A stretch of DNA of 64,000 bases, from NCBI GenBank assembly GCA_965221695.1, contig OZ244905.1, forward strand, positions 3,136,001 through 3,200,000. The letters are read 5' to 3'. Positions 9,393 to 21,890 of this stretch are shown here, piece after piece. The first letter of the stretch is position 1, and every line of letters begins with the position of its first letter. The stretch is from Gammaproteobacteria bacterium (GTDB taxonomy: Bacteria > Pseudomonadota > Gammaproteobacteria > Eutrophobiales > Eutrophobiaceae). A program made the translations under genes and the position numbers. The notes under the pieces were generated by a model. It saw only the letters and a list, made by a program, of their open reading frames with translations. It had not been told where the DNA came from and did not search any database.

Positions 9393-11662
9393 TGCCTTCG
9401 ACATCTGGAGCAAGAAGATCGAGGGCCAAGTCAAAGTCCCGTTCCGGCAATAAATTCCTGCGCGCGCATAGTTTGATCATCCTGTTCTGCTTGGGCGCGG
9501 CCTATGTGTTGTGGCTGGATCATCGCGTCCAGACGGAATTTGTCGGGAAACGCTGGTCCTTGCCTGCGCGTGTCTACGCCAGCCCGGCCGAACTCTATCT
9601 GGGTCAGGAGCTGACAGTCGATAAATTCCAAAGATTGCTTGCCAGGTCGGGTTACAGGAATACGCCTGTGGCCATAGAGGCGGGCGATTATCGGCTCGGA
9701 ACGTCATATATTGAATTTATGCAACGAGCATTCCACTACTGGGATGGCCGGCAGGCGAGTCGCCTGTTGCGGGTAGATTTCAGGGACGGCACAGTGCGCG
9801 GGATCCGGGACCTGACAGGCCAACAAACCCTGTCCCTGGCGCGCATCGAACCGGAATTGATCGGTAGAATCTACCCGGACCACTACCAGGATCGCATCCT
9901 GGTTTCCTACGATGAAGTTCCGCTCGCCCTGATTCATGCCTTGTTGGCGGTTGAAGACCGGAATTTTTTCAATCATATCGGCATTGATCCCCGGGGCATG
10001 TTGCGGGCTTTGTACCACAACATCCGCAACAGGAAACTTGAGCAGGGTGGCAGCTCCATTACCCAGCAACTGGTGAAAAACTTCTTTTTAAGCCCCGAAC
10101 GCACTCTGGTCAGGAAGACTAACGAGATTCTGATGGCTTTGCTGCTGGAGCGGCGCTACAGCAAGCAGGAAATTCTGGGCGCTTATATCAACGAGGTGTA
10201 CCTGGGACAACAGGGACGGCGCAGTGTGCATGGTTTCGGCGCCGCCGCGGAGTTCTATTTTGCCAGGCCGTTGAACGAGTTACGCACGGACCAACTGGCG
10301 CTGTTGGCAGGGATGGTCAGAGGCGCTTCCTGGTATAACCCGCGCCGGCATGGCAAACGGGCCAGACAACGCCGCAACCTGACGCTGCAGTTGATGCATC
10401 AACAGGGTTACCTGGACGAGCCCAGCTTGCGCCAGGCGCAGCAGCGGGGATTGGACCTGAGCGCGCAACCACGTTGGGTTTCCGGCAAATACCCGGCTTT
10501 TTTACAGTTGGTAAAGAGTCAGTTGTTGCGAGATTATGCCAGCGCGGACCTGCGCGCCAGGGGACTGCAAATCTTCACCACGCTTGATACCGAGCGGCAG
10601 GACAGTTCGGAACTGGCGCTGCGGCAACAGTTACGGCAACTGGAGCGGGCAAAGTCCCTGAAGGCCGGGACCTTGCAGGCAGCAAGCGTTTTTGTACAGA
10701 CCAGCAGCGGCGCGGTATTGTCCTTGGCTGGCGACAGGAATGCGGAATCCGTGGGTTTTAACCGGGCCATGCATGCCAGGCGGCCGGTAGGCTCGCTGGT
10801 GAAACCGTTCGTGTATTACACTGCCCTTACCCAACCTCAGCGTTATTCGCTCCTTTCCGGAGTGAGCGACGTTGATGTGTCCGTCAAACTCGCGGACGGT
10901 TCAACCTGGCGTCCGGATAATTACGATGGCAAGAACCATGGACAGGTAACCCTACTGGAAGCCCTGGCAAAGTCCTACAACAAGGCAACGGTAAGACTAG
11001 GGCGGGAGGTCGGCCTGGAGCGGGTAATCGACACGTTGAACAGGGCCGGGGTAGACCACCGGATAGAGCCGTTTCCGGCGCTGTTGCTGGGTTCTCTGGA
11101 ATTGACTCCGTTGCAGGTCAGCCAGCTTTACCAGACTCTGGCCAACGGTGGATTTCTTGTTCCTGTAAACAGCATACGGGAGGTTCTGGATAACGCCGGC
11201 AACACACTCAAGCGTTATGGTTTGGATATGCGCCAGGCCTTGGAGAGCGAAGCCGCTTTCCTGACCGGTTTCATGATGACGCAAGCAGTCAACCACGGCA
11301 CCGGCCGCGGCCTGCGCGCGCTGGCTCCGGCACAATTGCCGCTGGCCGGAAAAACAGGCACTACCAACGAGTTGCGGGATAGCTGGTTTGCCGGTTTCGG
11401 CAATGATATAACAGGCGTAGTCTGGTTGGGTCGCGACAATAACCAGCCTACCGGGCTTACTGGCGCAAGCGGCGCGCTGCGGATCTGGGGCAATATGGTA
11501 AGCCTGCAGGATTTTGGCCATATCGAGCTGGCGCCGCCGCCCGGTATCGACTTCCTGAATGATGTGGAATTGCGTTTTGACGGCGTTTGTGTCAGATTTC
11601 CGTATATGCCTTATGTTCTTGGTTTCAGACCCCGAAATACGGCCGGCGGTCGTTGCGGATGA
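9389..11662 (+). CDS. mrcB: Penicillin-binding protein 1B
   Basis: TM anchor, UB2H-like region, GT51 motifs ([17 protein letters not shown]), transpeptidase SLVK, SYN, KTG. Confidence 0.93.
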   Translation: MMPSTSGARRSRAKSKSRSGNKFLRAHSLIILFCLGAAYVLWLDHRVQTEFVGKRWSLPARVYASPAELYLGQELTVDKFQRLLARSGYRNTPVAIEAGDYRLGTSYIEFMQRAFHYWDGRQASRLLRVDFRDGTVRGIRDLTGQQTLSLARIEPELIGRIYPDHYQDRILVSYDEVPLALIHALLAVEDRNFFNHIGIDPRGMLRALYHNIRNRKLEQGGSSITQQLVKNFFLSPERTLVRKTNEILMALLLERRYSKQEILGAYINEVYLGQQGRRSVHGFGAAAEFYFARPLNELRTDQLALLAGMVRGASWYNPRRHGKRARQRRNLTLQLMHQQGYLDEPSLRQAQQRGLDLSAQPRWVSGKYPAFLQLVKSQLLRDYASADLRARGLQIFTTLDTERQDSSELALRQQLRQLERAKSLKAGTLQAASVFVQTSSGAVLSLAGDRNAESVGFNRAMHARRPVGSLVKPFVYYTALTQPQRYSLLSGVSDVDVSVKLADGSTWRPDNYDGKNHGQVTLLEALAKSYNKATVRLGREVGLERVIDTLNRAGVDHRIEPFPALLLGSLELTPLQVSQLYQTLANGGFLVPVNSIREVLDNAGNTLKRYGLDMRQALESEAAFLTGFMMTQAVNHGTGRGLRALAPAQLPLAGKTGTTNELRDSWFAGFGNDITGVVWLGRDNNQPTGLTGASGALRIWGNMVSLQDFGHIELAPPPGIDFLNDVELRFDGVCVRFPYMPYVLGFRPRNTAGGRCG

Positions 11663-12276
11663 AGCTACACTACCAGGTCTCGAATGCGTGCTCGGCGCTC
11701 ATCACGTATCCCGGAGCGCAATCTCGCCTATTGAGCCTATCGATCATCGTCTTGCTGGCTTGCGGCGCTTGCTCAAACGTGCGCCAAGCGCCGGTTGAAG
11801 ACAGGCAAGGAGCGGATCTTGTCGCGCCGCGGCCCGATGGCCCTGACGCGGGCCATGCTGCCGCAACACAGGCCGGGGAAGAAAATTACGAACGATGGGC
11901 GGAGCTGCCGCGTCCGGATGGTTCCGCCGATCCCACTGAAACCGCCGCGTCTGCTGAAACCGGAACGCGAGTGGAGATAGGACAACCCAGCGATAATCCT
12001 GCGGTTATTGCGCTGCTGGAAGATACGGAGCTCAGGCTCAGCCAGGATGATCCGGAGGCGGCTGCCGGTTCCTTGGAGCGGGCGCTGCGCCTGGAGCCGA
12101 AGAATCCCTGGCTGTGGTATCGCCTGGCGGCGCTTAAACTGAGACAGGGAAAGCCGCGCTTGGCTATTGCCCTGGCGCAAAAATCAAATTCCCTTTCCGC
12201 CAGGCGTCCGGAGTTACGCAGGGCTAATGCCGAACTGATCGAACGGGCAAGGAAGCATCAGCAAGGGAATCAGTAA
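11659..12276 (+). CDS. TPR lipoprotein, LpoP-like PBP1B activator
   Basis: ATGA overlap with mrcB; lipobox-like ACGAC; low-complexity linker; C-terminal TPR (LERALRLEPKNPWLWYRLA). Confidence 0.7.
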   Translation: MKLHYQVSNACSALITYPGAQSRLLSLSIIVLLACGACSNVRQAPVEDRQGADLVAPRPDGPDAGHAAATQAGEENYERWAELPRPDGSADPTETAASAETGTRVEIGQPSDNPAVIALLEDTELRLSQDDPEAAAGSLERALRLEPKNPWLWYRLAALKLRQGKPRLAIALAQKSNSLSARRPELRRANAELIERARKHQQGNQ

Positions 12277-12487
12277 ACCTGACCATCTTGTTGGCAGCGC
12301 TGCGCTTCATATTGATGTTGATGCGGTGGCGCGCAACTATTACGGGCGCTGGTCCTGTTGGGTTAACGCGCGGGTGAAGTTGGCGCCGCCACGTAAATCA
12401 TGAGATATATATCAGCGTGTTAGCGAGAGTTGATAAGAGCCCGGATTAGAATTATAGTCCGCCGATGAATTCGGGATCATTTGGGAC

Positions 12488-12515
12488 TTGAAAAAAGAAT
12501 TTTATGGTGTACACT
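12488..12515 (+). promoter_or_regulatory. Sigma70-like promoter of the tRNA-fMet/rimP-nusA-infB operon
   Basis: TTGAAA-16 nt-TACACT just upstream of the tRNA. Confidence 0.6.
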
Positions 12516-12527
12516 GAAGGAATCAGT

Positions 12528-12604
12528 TGCGGGGTGGAGCAGTTTGGCAGCTCGTCGGGCTCATAACCCGAAGGTCGCAGGTTCAAATCCTGCCCCCGCT
12601 ACCA
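12528..12604 (+). tRNA. metY: Initiator tRNA-fMet (CAT)
   Basis: GCGGGGTGGAGCAG...TCGGGCTCATAACCCGA...GGTTCAAATCC...ACCA; three G-C pairs in anticodon stem, unpaired 1:72 (U:U); position upstream of rimP. Confidence 0.96.
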
Positions 12605-12743
12605 GACATTGAGGAAAGTAAAAAACCTCTGGATTTACCAGGGAATCTATGAATTGATCAGAGGTTCCATACAGGTTCCTGAACAGCAGACCGGAAGCGG
12701 GCAACCTGACAGCAAGGTCAGGGCGCTGAGCGAAGCGGTTTAT

Positions 12744-12768
12744 AAAGTGGGCTTTATGCCCACTTTTT
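12744..12768 (+). promoter_or_regulatory. rimP leader hairpin / terminator-like stem
   Basis: aaagtgggc-tttat-gcccacttttt; TGGGC/GCCCA stem typical of the rimP leader. Confidence 0.65.
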
Positions 12769-12796
12769 GTTTTGGGCTACGGCCTTGGGCATAGAT

Positions 12797-13273
12797 GTGC
12801 AAAGACAGAGAGCGAACCTTGACAGCCTGCTAAGACCCGTGGTTACGGATCTGGGCTATGTGTGCTGGGGGATCGAATTTATCAGCCAGGGACATAATTC
12901 GCTGCTGCGAATTTATATCGATAGCGGCGGCGGCGTGACTCTGGAAGATTGCGCAAAGGTCAGCAATCGGGTGTCTGGTATCCTGGATGTGGAAGACCCG
13001 ATTCCCGGCGAGTACCTGCTGGAAGTTTCATCGCCTGGCCTGGACCGGTTGTTATTCAGTCGGGAACACTATGAACAGTATATCGGAGAGACGGTAAAAA
13101 TCAGGTTGTTGAGGACTATCGATCAACGCAAACGCGTTACCGGACGTATTGAAGCCGTGACCGAAGAGACTTTGGTCCTGAACGAGTCAGGCAGGGAATT
13201 TCAAATTCCGCTGGGAGAGATAGACAGAGCTAGATTGTGTCCGGATGATATTACCAGCCGGACTGACAGGTGA
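12797..13273 (+). CDS. rimP: Ribosome maturation factor RimP
   Basis: LRIYID, LDVEDPI, YLLEVSSPGLDR; GTG start inferred. Confidence 0.93.
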   Translation: MQRQRANLDSLLRPVVTDLGYVCWGIEFISQGHNSLLRIYIDSGGGVTLEDCAKVSNRVSGILDVEDPIPGEYLLEVSSPGLDRLLFSREHYEQYIGETVKIRLLRTIDQRKRVTGRIEAVTEETLVLNESGREFQIPLGEIDRARLCPDDITSRTDR

Positions 13274-13298
13274 GAAATCGGGATAAGGTTATATTACA

Positions 13299-14819
13299 GT
13301 GAACAAAGAAATTCTGATGGTTGTGGATGTGGTGTCCAATGAAAAAGGCGTTGCCAAGGAGATCATATTCGAAGCCATTGAAGCAGCGCTGGCCAGCGCA
13401 ACGAAAAAGCGCCAGCGTGAAGATATCGAAGTGCGCGTCGCCATAGATCACGAAACAGGGGACTATGAGACCTTCCGACAATGGGAGGTGGTCGAGGACA
13501 GCCCCGAGGCTCTGGAGTTTCCGTCGCGCCAGCTCTGCTTGACAGATGCCCGCAAACAGTCGGCGGAGATGGAGCTAGGAGGTTTTATTGAAGAGCCGAT
13601 GAAGTCGGTCGAGTTCGGCAGAATTGCCGCGCAGAGCGCAAAGCAGGTGATTATGCAGAAAGTGCGCGAGGCTGAGCGCAAACAGGTTTTTGACGCATAC
13701 ATCGACCGGGTCGGCGAGATGGTTATCGGTTTTGTGAAAAAGGTCGAAAGAGGCAACGTGATCATGGATCTAGGCGGCAATGCGGAAGGCATTATCCCCA
13801 GGGATGAGGTGATCCCCAGGGAAGCGGTGCGTCCGCGGGATCAGATCCGGGCATACCTGCGCGAGGTAAAGCCGGAAAACAGAGGACCACAGTTGATCCT
13901 GAGCCGGACTGCGCCGGAGTTGCTGATCGAGTTGTTCAAAATGGAAGTGCCGGAAATTAATGAAGGCCTGATTGAAATTATCAACGGCGCGCGCGACCCG
14001 GGATCAAGGGCCAAAATAGCGGTAAAAGCTAATGATCCCAGGATCGATCCAATCGGGGCCTGCGTCGGGATGAGAGGCTCGCGGGTGCAGGCGGTTTCCA
14101 ATGCCTTGAGCGGTGAACGGGTTGATATTATTACCTGGGACGAAAATCCCGCGCAGTTTGTGATAAACGCGATGGCGCCGGCCGAGGTGGTGTCGATACT
14201 GGTCGATGAGGATAGTCACAGCATGGATGTTGCGGTGTCGGAAGAAAACCTGTCGCAGGCAATCGGACGCGGCGGCCAGAATGTCAAGCTTGCCAGTGAA
14301 CTGACGCAATGGGAACTGAATGTCATGTCCGTAGAACAGGCGGATCAGAAAACTGAAGCCGAGGCCCAGGCGCTGCAGCAGATGTTTATTGAAGAACTGG
14401 ATGTGGACGAGGAGATTGCGGTCATCCTGGTACAGGAAGGATTTTCCAGCGTAGAGGAGATAGCCTATGTGCCGGAGAATGAGATGCAGAACATAGAGGA
14501 GTTTGATGAAGAACTGGTGAAAGAACTGCGCGAGCGCGCCCGGGATATCATGCTGACTCGCGCTATCGCCAACGAGGAAAAGCTGGCGGATGTGGAGCCG
14601 GCGGCCGATTTGCTGGGTATGGAAGGCATGGATGAGGCATTGGCCTATGAACTGGCCGTGCTCGGGGTGGTCACCATGGAGGACCTGGCAGAAAGTTCGG
14701 TGGATGAATTGCTTGAAATTGAGGGCCTCGATAAAAACCGGGCCGGCGACCTGATTATGACCGCGCGTATGCCATGGTTTGCAGCGGAGGAAGCCAACGG
14801 CCAACCAAACACGAGTTGA
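13299..14819 (+). CDS. nusA: Transcription factor NusA
   Basis: [37 protein letters not shown], acidic C-terminal repeats. Confidence 0.97.
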   Translation: MNKEILMVVDVVSNEKGVAKEIIFEAIEAALASATKKRQREDIEVRVAIDHETGDYETFRQWEVVEDSPEALEFPSRQLCLTDARKQSAEMELGGFIEEPMKSVEFGRIAAQSAKQVIMQKVREAERKQVFDAYIDRVGEMVIGFVKKVERGNVIMDLGGNAEGIIPRDEVIPREAVRPRDQIRAYLREVKPENRGPQLILSRTAPELLIELFKMEVPEINEGLIEIINGARDPGSRAKIAVKANDPRIDPIGACVGMRGSRVQAVSNALSGERVDIITWDENPAQFVINAMAPAEVVSILVDEDSHSMDVAVSEENLSQAIGRGGQNVKLASELTQWELNVMSVEQADQKTEAEAQALQQMFIEELDVDEEIAVILVQEGFSSVEEIAYVPENEMQNIEEFDEELVKELRERARDIMLTRAIANEEKLADVEPAADLLGMEGMDEALAYELAVLGVVTMEDLAESSVDELLEIEGLDKNRAGDLIMTARMPWFAAEEANGQPNTS

Positions 14820-14821
14820 CT

Positions 14822-17365
14822 ATGCCTGAAGTCACAGTAAAGCAATATGCGGATGTTATCCGGATACCGGTGGAAAAGTTGCTTGTGCAACTGCAAGAAG
14901 CCGGTTTGCCGGCCAAGTCCGAAGATGACAAAATTTCCGATAACGAGAAGACGGAACTGCTCGGCTACCTGCGCCGAAAACACGGGAAAGACAACCAGTC
15001 AGCCCCGGAAAGGATCACCCTGAGAAGGAAAACCATCAGCGAGATCAAGATGCCGGCAACCAGCGTCGGCAGCCGCAGCAAGGTGCGCTCGAAGACCGTC
15101 AGCGTTGAGGTCAGGAAGCGCCGCACTTACATCAAGCGCAGCGTGATTGAAGAGGAGGCCTTAAAGCAGGCGCAGGAGGCGGAGGAACAGCAGGCAAAAC
15201 TTGCGGCTGAGGAACAAGCTCGCCTGGAACTGGCGCAGGAAGCGGATGCGCAACAGCAGCAACCGGCGCCGGAAGAGGCAGTCCCGGAACAGCCCGTCGC
15301 CGTGGATGAGACCGTTGATGAGGAGGCGCCGGAGGATACGGAAGCCGCCCTGACGTCCGCACCGGAGGTTGAAGAAGAAAGCGCCGCCGCTGCACCTGAT
15401 GCAGAGCCAACGCCCGCTCGTGAGGAGACTGCGCAACAACCCGTTGAGCCGGCGCCGACGCCGGCGGAAAAAGAAAAGCCGGCGCGGATTCAGCGCGCGG
15501 AACTGCATGTGGCGCCCGGTAAATCAGGCCGCAGAAAGAAAAAGCAAAGGCCCATGCAGGCGCTCAGAAGGCCCGCGCAACACGGCTTCGAAAAACCCAC
15601 TGCGCCTATCGTGCGGGAAGTCGAGATTCCGGAAAGCATTACCGTATCCGAACTGGCGCAGCGTATGTCGGTAAAGAGCGCCGAGGTCATCAAGGCGCTG
15701 ATGAACCTGGGCAGCATGGTTACCATCAATCAGATGATCGACCAGGAAACGGCCACCATCGTAGCGGAGGAAATGGGCCACAAAGCGAAAATGCTGAGGG
15801 AAAATGCTTTGGAAGAGGAAATCATGCAGTCCGGCCGCAGCGAGGAAGACGAGATTGCGCGCCCCCCTGTGGTAACGATCATGGGCCATGTCGATCACGG
15901 CAAGACTTCATTGCTTGACTATATCAGGCGTAGCAAGGTAGCCGCGGGCGAAGCGGGAGGCGTCACACAGCATATCGGCGCCTACAGCGTGAACACTGAT
16001 AACGGCGTCATCACGTTCCTGGATACCCCTGGTCATGAAGCGTTTACCGCAATGCGCGCCCGGGGCGCCAAAGTGACGGATATCGTTGTCTTGGTCGTGG
16101 CCGCCGATGATGGCGTGATGCCGCAGACGGAAGAAGCCATACAGCACGCTGTGGCCGGTTCGATGCCGCTAATCGTTGCGGTAAATAAGATTGACAAGGC
16201 CGATGCTGACCCGGAGCGGGTCAGACAGGAACTCTCCAAATTTGACGTGATTCCGGAGGAATGGGGCGGAGACAATATCTTCGTCAATCTGTCCGCAAAG
16301 ACCGGGGAAGGAGTAGACAGTCTGTTGGAGAGCATCTCTTTGCAGGCCGAAATCCTGGAGCTCAAGGCGGCGCCGGAAGGCCCCGCTTCCGGCGCTGTGA
16401 TCGAGGCAAGACTGGATAAGGGCAGAGGACCGATCGCTACCGTCCTGGTGCAGAACGGAGAGTTGCAGCGCGGCGATATGATTCTTACCGGCCATGAATT
16501 CGGCCGGGTTCGGGCAATGTATGATGAAAATGGCGCCGAGGCGCCGGCAGCCGGCCCGTCTGTCCCTGTGGAAGTCCTGGGTCTGTCAGGCACGCCCAAC
16601 GCCGGCGACGACATGATAGTGGTCCCGGACGAACGCAAGGCGCGGGAAATTGCGTTGTTTCGCCAGGGCAAGTACAGAGAGGTCAAGCTCGCAAAACAGC
16701 AGGCGTCCAAGGCCAGGAACATGATCACCCGGATGAATGACGCCGACGGCGTTTCCATCAATATTCTCATAAAGGCCGATGTCCAGGGTTCGGCGGAGGC
16801 CTTGTCGGAAGCATTGCTGAAGCTGTCAGGCGACGAAGTCGCGATCAATATTATCAGCGCTGGCGTTGGTGGCATCACGGAATCAGACATCAACCTTGCG
16901 GTCGCTTCCCGCGGAATGGTAGTCGGGTTTAATGTCCGAGTGGATGGCGCGGCCAAGAAACTGGTAGATGAGGAAGGCGTAGACCTGCGTTATTACAGCG
17001 TGATTTATGATGTCATTGATGACGTGAAAGCGGCGATTAACGGTCTGCTATTGCCCGAGGTCAGGGAACAGATTATCGGCGTTGCGGAAGTCAAGGAGGT
17101 GTATCGTTCTCCTGCCTTTGGAGAGATCGCAGGCTGTATCGTATCCAGTGGACTGGTGCGCAAGTCCAATCCGATACGCGTGTTGCGGGAGAATGTGGTT
17201 ATCTACGAAGGTGAATTGGAGTCACTGCGGCGGTTCAAGGATGATGTCAGCGAGGTGAAATCCGGCGTTGAGTGCGGGATTGGCGTCAAAAATTACAACG
17301 ATGTCAAGCCCGGCGACCAGATCGAAGTATTTGAACGGATTGAAGTCCGGCGCAATATTCAATAA
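14822..17365 (+). CDS. infB: Translation initiation factor IF-2
   Basis: [18 protein letters not shown]; C-terminal [11 protein letters not shown]. Confidence 0.98.
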   Translation: MPEVTVKQYADVIRIPVEKLLVQLQEAGLPAKSEDDKISDNEKTELLGYLRRKHGKDNQSAPERITLRRKTISEIKMPATSVGSRSKVRSKTVSVEVRKRRTYIKRSVIEEEALKQAQEAEEQQAKLAAEEQARLELAQEADAQQQQPAPEEAVPEQPVAVDETVDEEAPEDTEAALTSAPEVEEESAAAAPDAEPTPAREETAQQPVEPAPTPAEKEKPARIQRAELHVAPGKSGRRKKKQRPMQALRRPAQHGFEKPTAPIVREVEIPESITVSELAQRMSVKSAEVIKALMNLGSMVTINQMIDQETATIVAEEMGHKAKMLRENALEEEIMQSGRSEEDEIARPPVVTIMGHVDHGKTSLLDYIRRSKVAAGEAGGVTQHIGAYSVNTDNGVITFLDTPGHEAFTAMRARGAKVTDIVVLVVAADDGVMPQTEEAIQHAVAGSMPLIVAVNKIDKADADPERVRQELSKFDVIPEEWGGDNIFVNLSAKTGEGVDSLLESISLQAEILELKAAPEGPASGAVIEARLDKGRGPIATVLVQNGELQRGDMILTGHEFGRVRAMYDENGAEAPAAGPSVPVEVLGLSGTPNAGDDMIVVPDERKAREIALFRQGKYREVKLAKQQASKARNMITRMNDADGVSINILIKADVQGSAEALSEALLKLSGDEVAINIISAGVGGITESDINLAVASRGMVVGFNVRVDGAAKKLVDEEGVDLRYYSVIYDVIDDVKAAINGLLLPEVREQIIGVAEVKEVYRSPAFGEIAGCIVSSGLVRKSNPIRVLRENVVIYEGELESLRRFKDDVSEVKSGVECGIGVKNYNDVKPGDQIEVFERIEVRRNIQ

Positions 17366-17373
17366 CAGGCTTA

Positions 17374-17520
17374 CCCGGATAGCGCGCCAGTCCGCTTGGG
17401 GAAAACGATAATGTTTGTATATTCATATGGTTGTATGGCTGATATTGGCTTGTGTTCGCAGGCGCCCGTCAGCGCCCGAAATACTGCGCGATCATCGCAT
17501 TCACTGACGCTATCTCCGGA
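17374..17520. repeat. Degenerate MITE-like insert related to family B
   Basis: cccggatagcg...gcgatcatcgcat...cgctatctccgg: imperfect inverted ends plus the gcgatcatcgcat subterminal motif of family B. Confidence 0.4.
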
Positions 17521-17523
17521 CTG

Positions 17524-17886
17524 ATGGCGCGTGAATATGGTCGGAATCAGCGCGTGGCAGACCTGCTGCAACGCGAAATTGCCCTGTTGCTGCAAAAAGA
17601 GACGTCCTTCAGGGAGGCGGGCCTGATCACGGTGTCGTTTGTTGACGTAAGCCCCGATCTCAGAAATGCCAGCGTTTATTTTACCTGTCTTAAACCCGCC
17701 TGCAGTGAGGAGGCGCTGACGGATTTATTAAATGAAAGGGCCGGTTATTTCCGCCGGCTGTTGGGGCAGGCCCTGCCTTTGCGGGGCGTGCCGCAATTGA
17801 TATTTTGCTTCGACCATTCCTTGGATCGGGCAAACCGCTTGACTGAGCTGATAGAACGCGCCAATCAAAAACCCAGTACTGGATAA
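17524..17886 (+). CDS. rbfA: 30S ribosome-binding factor A
   Basis: R.QRVAD..QRE, VSPDLRNA.VY, VPQL.F.FD.S. Confidence 0.93.
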   Translation: MAREYGRNQRVADLLQREIALLLQKETSFREAGLITVSFVDVSPDLRNASVYFTCLKPACSEEALTDLLNERAGYFRRLLGQALPLRGVPQLIFCFDHSLDRANRLTELIERANQKPSTG

Positions 17887-17955
17887 CACAACGATTATTT
17901 CAACCGCAGCGCGCGCAAAGCACGGACAAACCTGTGTGAGCGCCGCATTCCAACC

Positions 17956-18873
17956 ATGGCGCGCAGAAGCAAAATAAAAGGACGCAACGTCAAAGGGGTT
18001 TTACTGCTGGACAAACCCCCGGGGTTGACTTCCAATGACGCCCTGCAAAAAGTGAAGTTATTGTACCGGGCAAGGAAAGCGGGGCATACCGGCAGCCTGG
18101 ATAAGGCCGCATCCGGCCTGTTGCCGCTATGCTTTGGCGAGGCAACGAAATTTTCCGGGTATCTGCTCAACGCCGATAAACATTATCGCACACATTTCCG
18201 GCTTGGCCTGCAGACCAACACCGGCGACGCCGAAGGTGATGTCGTGTTTCGGGGTAACACCGGGAGCATCTCGCGCCAACGCGTAGAGAAAACGCTGGCC
18301 CGGTTTCTCGGTCCTATCATGCAGGTGCCGCCCATGTTTTCCGCGCTGAAACACAAAGGTCAACGGCTTTACAAACTGGCTCACCAGGGGTTGGAGGTAG
18401 ATCGGGAGCCGCGCGAGATTACCGTGCACAGCATAGATATGCTCGATTACCAGAATGACGAACTGGAACTGGAGATACGCTGTTCCAAAGGAACGTATAT
18501 CCGCACCCTGGCAGAAGACATCGGCAAGGAACTGGGCTGCGGCGCCTACGTAAAGGCGCTGCGGCGCATCGGCGTGGGGCCTTACTCCGATGAAAACATG
18601 CTGACGCCGGCGGAACTGGAAGTTATCGCCGAGACCGGGATGACCGCGCTGGATGATCGTCTGCTCGAGATCGATTCCATCGTCCGGGATATGCCAAGTA
18701 TTCGCCTGGTCGAAAGCGCCGCTTACTATCTGTGCCAGGGCCAACCGGTTACCGCGCCCAAGGCGCCGACCCGGGGGATGCTGCGGGTCTACACCGAAGA
18801 TGGCCGTTTTCTGGGGGTCGGCGAAGTGCTCAGTGATGGCCGCGTGGCGCCGAAACGCCTGTTGCAAGAATAG
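17956..18873 (+). CDS. truB: tRNA pseudouridine(55) synthase
   Basis: LDKP.G.TSN, KAGHTGSLD, QVPPMFSALK, CSKGTYIR. Confidence 0.96.
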   Translation: MARRSKIKGRNVKGVLLLDKPPGLTSNDALQKVKLLYRARKAGHTGSLDKAASGLLPLCFGEATKFSGYLLNADKHYRTHFRLGLQTNTGDAEGDVVFRGNTGSISRQRVEKTLARFLGPIMQVPPMFSALKHKGQRLYKLAHQGLEVDREPREITVHSIDMLDYQNDELELEIRCSKGTYIRTLAEDIGKELGCGAYVKALRRIGVGPYSDENMLTPAELEVIAETGMTALDDRLLEIDSIVRDMPSIRLVESAAYYLCQGQPVTAPKAPTRGMLRVYTEDGRFLGVGEVLSDGRVAPKRLLQE

Positions 18874-19002
18874 GATCCGATCTGCTCAGGCCTGCTCACC
18901 GGCGTTTATTTTTTGGCCATATCGGGTTTGTTGTTACCGGTAAAGTTAAGAGCAGGAATTACCGTCCCACCGCTCAGCCTCCGACAAAATTACAGGTTTT
19001 TC

Positions 19003-19031
19003 TTGTTTGTTTTTGCAAGCGTGGGTACAAT
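19003..19031 (+). promoter_or_regulatory. Putative sigma70 promoter for rpsO
   Basis: TTGTTT-17 nt-TACAAT. Confidence 0.45.
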
Positions 19032-19072
19032 ACCCGCGTTTTAGAAAGATCGGACAGGAGAAAAATACATCG

Positions 19073-19342
19073 ATGCCATTAAGTCAGCAGCACAAGGCTG
19101 ATATCTTGCAGCAATATCAACGCTCATCCGGCGATACGGGTTCGCCCGAGGTCCAGGTGGCGTTACTGACCGCGCGCATTACTGATTTGTCGCAACACTT
19201 TAAACTGCATTCCAAAGACCACCATTCTCGCCAGGGTTTGTTGCGCATGGTAAATCGGCGGCGGAAACTGCTGAACTATTTAAAGAATAATGACGTTGAT
19301 CGGTATCGTGAATTGATAGGCCGGTTGTCCCTTAGAAAGTAA
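19073..19342 (+). CDS. rpsO: 30S ribosomal protein S15
   Basis: [21 protein letters not shown]. Confidence 0.97.
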   Translation: MPLSQQHKADILQQYQRSSGDTGSPEVQVALLTARITDLSQHFKLHSKDHHSRQGLLRMVNRRRKLLNYLKNNDVDRYRELIGRLSLRK

Positions 19343-19472
19343 TCGGAACGCTATTGCTATGTGCCCGGCAACAAGGTTCTCTCAGGTTGCCGTCCCGGTC
19401 TTGGCGCAGAACAAGCAGGTCATCTTATATTTCATATGTAAAACTTCATCTGGATAATTATCGGAAAAAATA

Positions 19473-21557
19473 ATGAACGTGGTAAAAAAAGAATTTCAAT
19501 ACGGGGATATTCCGGTCTCACTGGAGACCGGCAGAATTGCCAGGCAAGCCACTGGCGCGGTATTAGTGAGCATGGGGGATACAGTCGTGCTGGTAACCTG
19601 TGTCGCCAGCAAGGAAGCCCGGCCGGAGCAGGATTTTTTTCCTCTCACGGTGGATTACATGGAGAAAACTTATGCTGCCGGGAAGATTCCCGGCGGTTTT
19701 TTTCGGCGTGAGGGCCGACCCTCGGAAAAGGAAGTGTTGACGTGCAGGCTGATTGACAGGCCGATACGTCCCCTGTTTCCGAAAGATTTTAGAAATGAGG
19801 TGCAAATCATCGCCACGGTCATGTCGCTGGATCCGCAGATTGATCCGGACATACCGGCGCTGATTGGCGCGTCTGCCGCGCTCGGGGTGTCGGGAATTCC
19901 TTTCAACGGGCCCATCGGCGCAGCGCGGGTCGGTTATTCCGATGGCCAGTACCTGCTCAATCCCGGTTATGCCGAGTTGGCGCGATCGGAACTGGACCTG
20001 GTCGTGGCCGGCACAGAAACTTCCGTCCTGATGGTTGAATCCGAAGCTTCACTGCTATCGGAGGAAGTCATGCTCGGCGCAGTAATGTTTGGTCACGAGC
20101 GCATGCAGATCGTTATTGATAACATTCAGCAGTTGGTTGCTGAGGCCGGGACCAAGCCTTGGGACTGGCAGCCGCCGGAAGATGACAAGGAATTGGTGGC
20201 TGAAGTCGCCGAGCAGTGCGCCGACTTGCTGCGCGAAGCCTATTCGATCCAGGACAAGATCAGCCGGCGCGATCGGCTGTCGGATATTCGTTCCACGGTT
20301 GTCGCAGCGATTACAGCGAAACATGAAGAGCGTTGGAGCGAAAAGACCATCGCGCAGGCGTTTGAGAAATTGGAAAGTAGTACCGTTAGAGGCGCAATCG
20401 TGGCCGGCGAACCGCGCATCGACGGCAGGGACACCAGCGCCGTAAGGGAGATCAGTGTGGAAGTGGGCGTATTGCCCAGGGCGCACGGGTCTGCCTTGTT
20501 TACCCGGGGTGAGACCCAGGCCCTGGTAACCGCCACCCTGGGAACAGACCGGGATGCGCAGATTATCGACGCCATTGAAGGAGAGCGCAAAGATCCGTTC
20601 ATGCTGCATTACAATTTCCCGCCGTATTGCGTCGGTGAAACAGGACGCGCCGGTTCGCCCAAACGGCGCGAGATCGGTCACGGCAGGCTGGCCAAGCGCG
20701 CGCTGATGACAGTCATGCCAAACCTGGAGGAGTTTCCCTACGCCATCAGGATTGTGTCCGAGATCACGGAATCGAACGGTTCCAGTTCCATGGCCTCGGT
20801 CTGCGGCGCCAGCCTGGCGTTGATGGACGCGGGTATCAGCATAAAAGCCCCTGTGGCCGGCATCGCTATGGGCTTGATCAAAGAAGAAGATAAATTTGTG
20901 GTGTTGTCGGATATCATGGGCGATGAAGATCATCTTGGCGATATGGATTTCAAGGTGGCCGGTTCGGAAACCGGCATCAGCGCGCTGCAAATGGATATCA
21001 AGGTTCCGGGCATTACCAGGGAGATCATGTCGACTGCCTTGTCCCAGGCTCGGGCCGGTCGACTGCATATTCTCGAGAAGATGGGCGCGGCGCTCAGCGA
21101 GGCGCGCGCGGAGATGTCAGAATACGCTCCCCGCATCACCACTATCAAGATTCACCCGGACAAGATCAGGGACGTTATCGGCAAGGGCGGCGCTACCATC
21201 CGCGCCATCACGGACGAGACCGGCGCGGCTATCGACATCGACGACAACGGTTACGTGAAGATTTACTCCAGCGACAAGACTGCCAGTGATGCCGCGCGTA
21301 AACGCATTGAAGATATCACGGCTGAGGTTGAAGTCGGTAAAATCTATCGCGGCAGGGTTGCAAAGCTCATGGATTTCGGGGCATTTGTCAATATTCTGCC
21401 AGGCAAGGATGGACTGGTGCACATATCGCAGATTTCCGAGGAGCGCGTGCAGAATGTCAGCGACAAATTGTCGGAAGGCGATTTCGTCAAGGTCAAGGTG
21501 CTTGAGATTGACCGCCAGGGCAGGGTCCGCCTCAGCATGAAAGCAGTCGGCGAGTGA
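19473..21557 (+). CDS. pnp: Polyribonucleotide nucleotidyltransferase
   Basis: [36 protein letters not shown] and S1 domains. Confidence 0.98.
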   Translation: MNVVKKEFQYGDIPVSLETGRIARQATGAVLVSMGDTVVLVTCVASKEARPEQDFFPLTVDYMEKTYAAGKIPGGFFRREGRPSEKEVLTCRLIDRPIRPLFPKDFRNEVQIIATVMSLDPQIDPDIPALIGASAALGVSGIPFNGPIGAARVGYSDGQYLLNPGYAELARSELDLVVAGTETSVLMVESEASLLSEEVMLGAVMFGHERMQIVIDNIQQLVAEAGTKPWDWQPPEDDKELVAEVAEQCADLLREAYSIQDKISRRDRLSDIRSTVVAAITAKHEERWSEKTIAQAFEKLESSTVRGAIVAGEPRIDGRDTSAVREISVEVGVLPRAHGSALFTRGETQALVTATLGTDRDAQIIDAIEGERKDPFMLHYNFPPYCVGETGRAGSPKRREIGHGRLAKRALMTVMPNLEEFPYAIRIVSEITESNGSSSMASVCGASLALMDAGISIKAPVAGIAMGLIKEEDKFVVLSDIMGDEDHLGDMDFKVAGSETGISALQMDIKVPGITREIMSTALSQARAGRLHILEKMGAALSEARAEMSEYAPRITTIKIHPDKIRDVIGKGGATIRAITDETGAAIDIDDNGYVKIYSSDKTASDAARKRIEDITAEVEVGKIYRGRVAKLMDFGAFVNILPGKDGLVHISQISEERVQNVSDKLSEGDFVKVKVLEIDRQGRVRLSMKAVGE

Positions 21558-21874
21558 AACTACGCGCATTTCTGGTTGCCGGCGGATTATTGGGCGGCGG
21601 CCTGGCGCTGGGCTTTTTTTTTACACCGAACCGGCTGGCTATGCGAGCCGGCTCTTCTCCTGAACAGGTCTGGCTGATTTCTTGGGTCAGCGGTAATGCG
21701 GATAATCCGATTACGGCGCTGATCCAGCAGACGGAAATGGTTACCGGCGCACCGCTTGGCGGCATGGGAGAAGTCACCACACCGCCGCTGGCGCCAGCTT
21801 TGTGTAACGCCATCTGCGCGGTAACCGGACAGCGCATACGCCGTTTGCCATTGCTGGATCAGTTTTCGATATAG
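21554..21874 (+). pseudogene. Internally deleted IorB-like (xanthine dehydrogenase family molybdopterin subunit) relic
   Basis: N-terminal signal-like [17 protein letters not shown] and W..W....DN.IT......EM fused in frame to the C-terminal GG.GE...PP.APA..NAI...TG.RIR.LP motif; only 106 aa. Confidence 0.7.
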
Positions 21875-21890
21875 CTCACAAAGCGCCATT

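Noticed and set aside
12528-12604. U1:U72 rather than C1:A72 in the initiator tRNA as a novelty
   Set aside because: A 1:72 mismatch is the initiator determinant, and such variation is not remarkable
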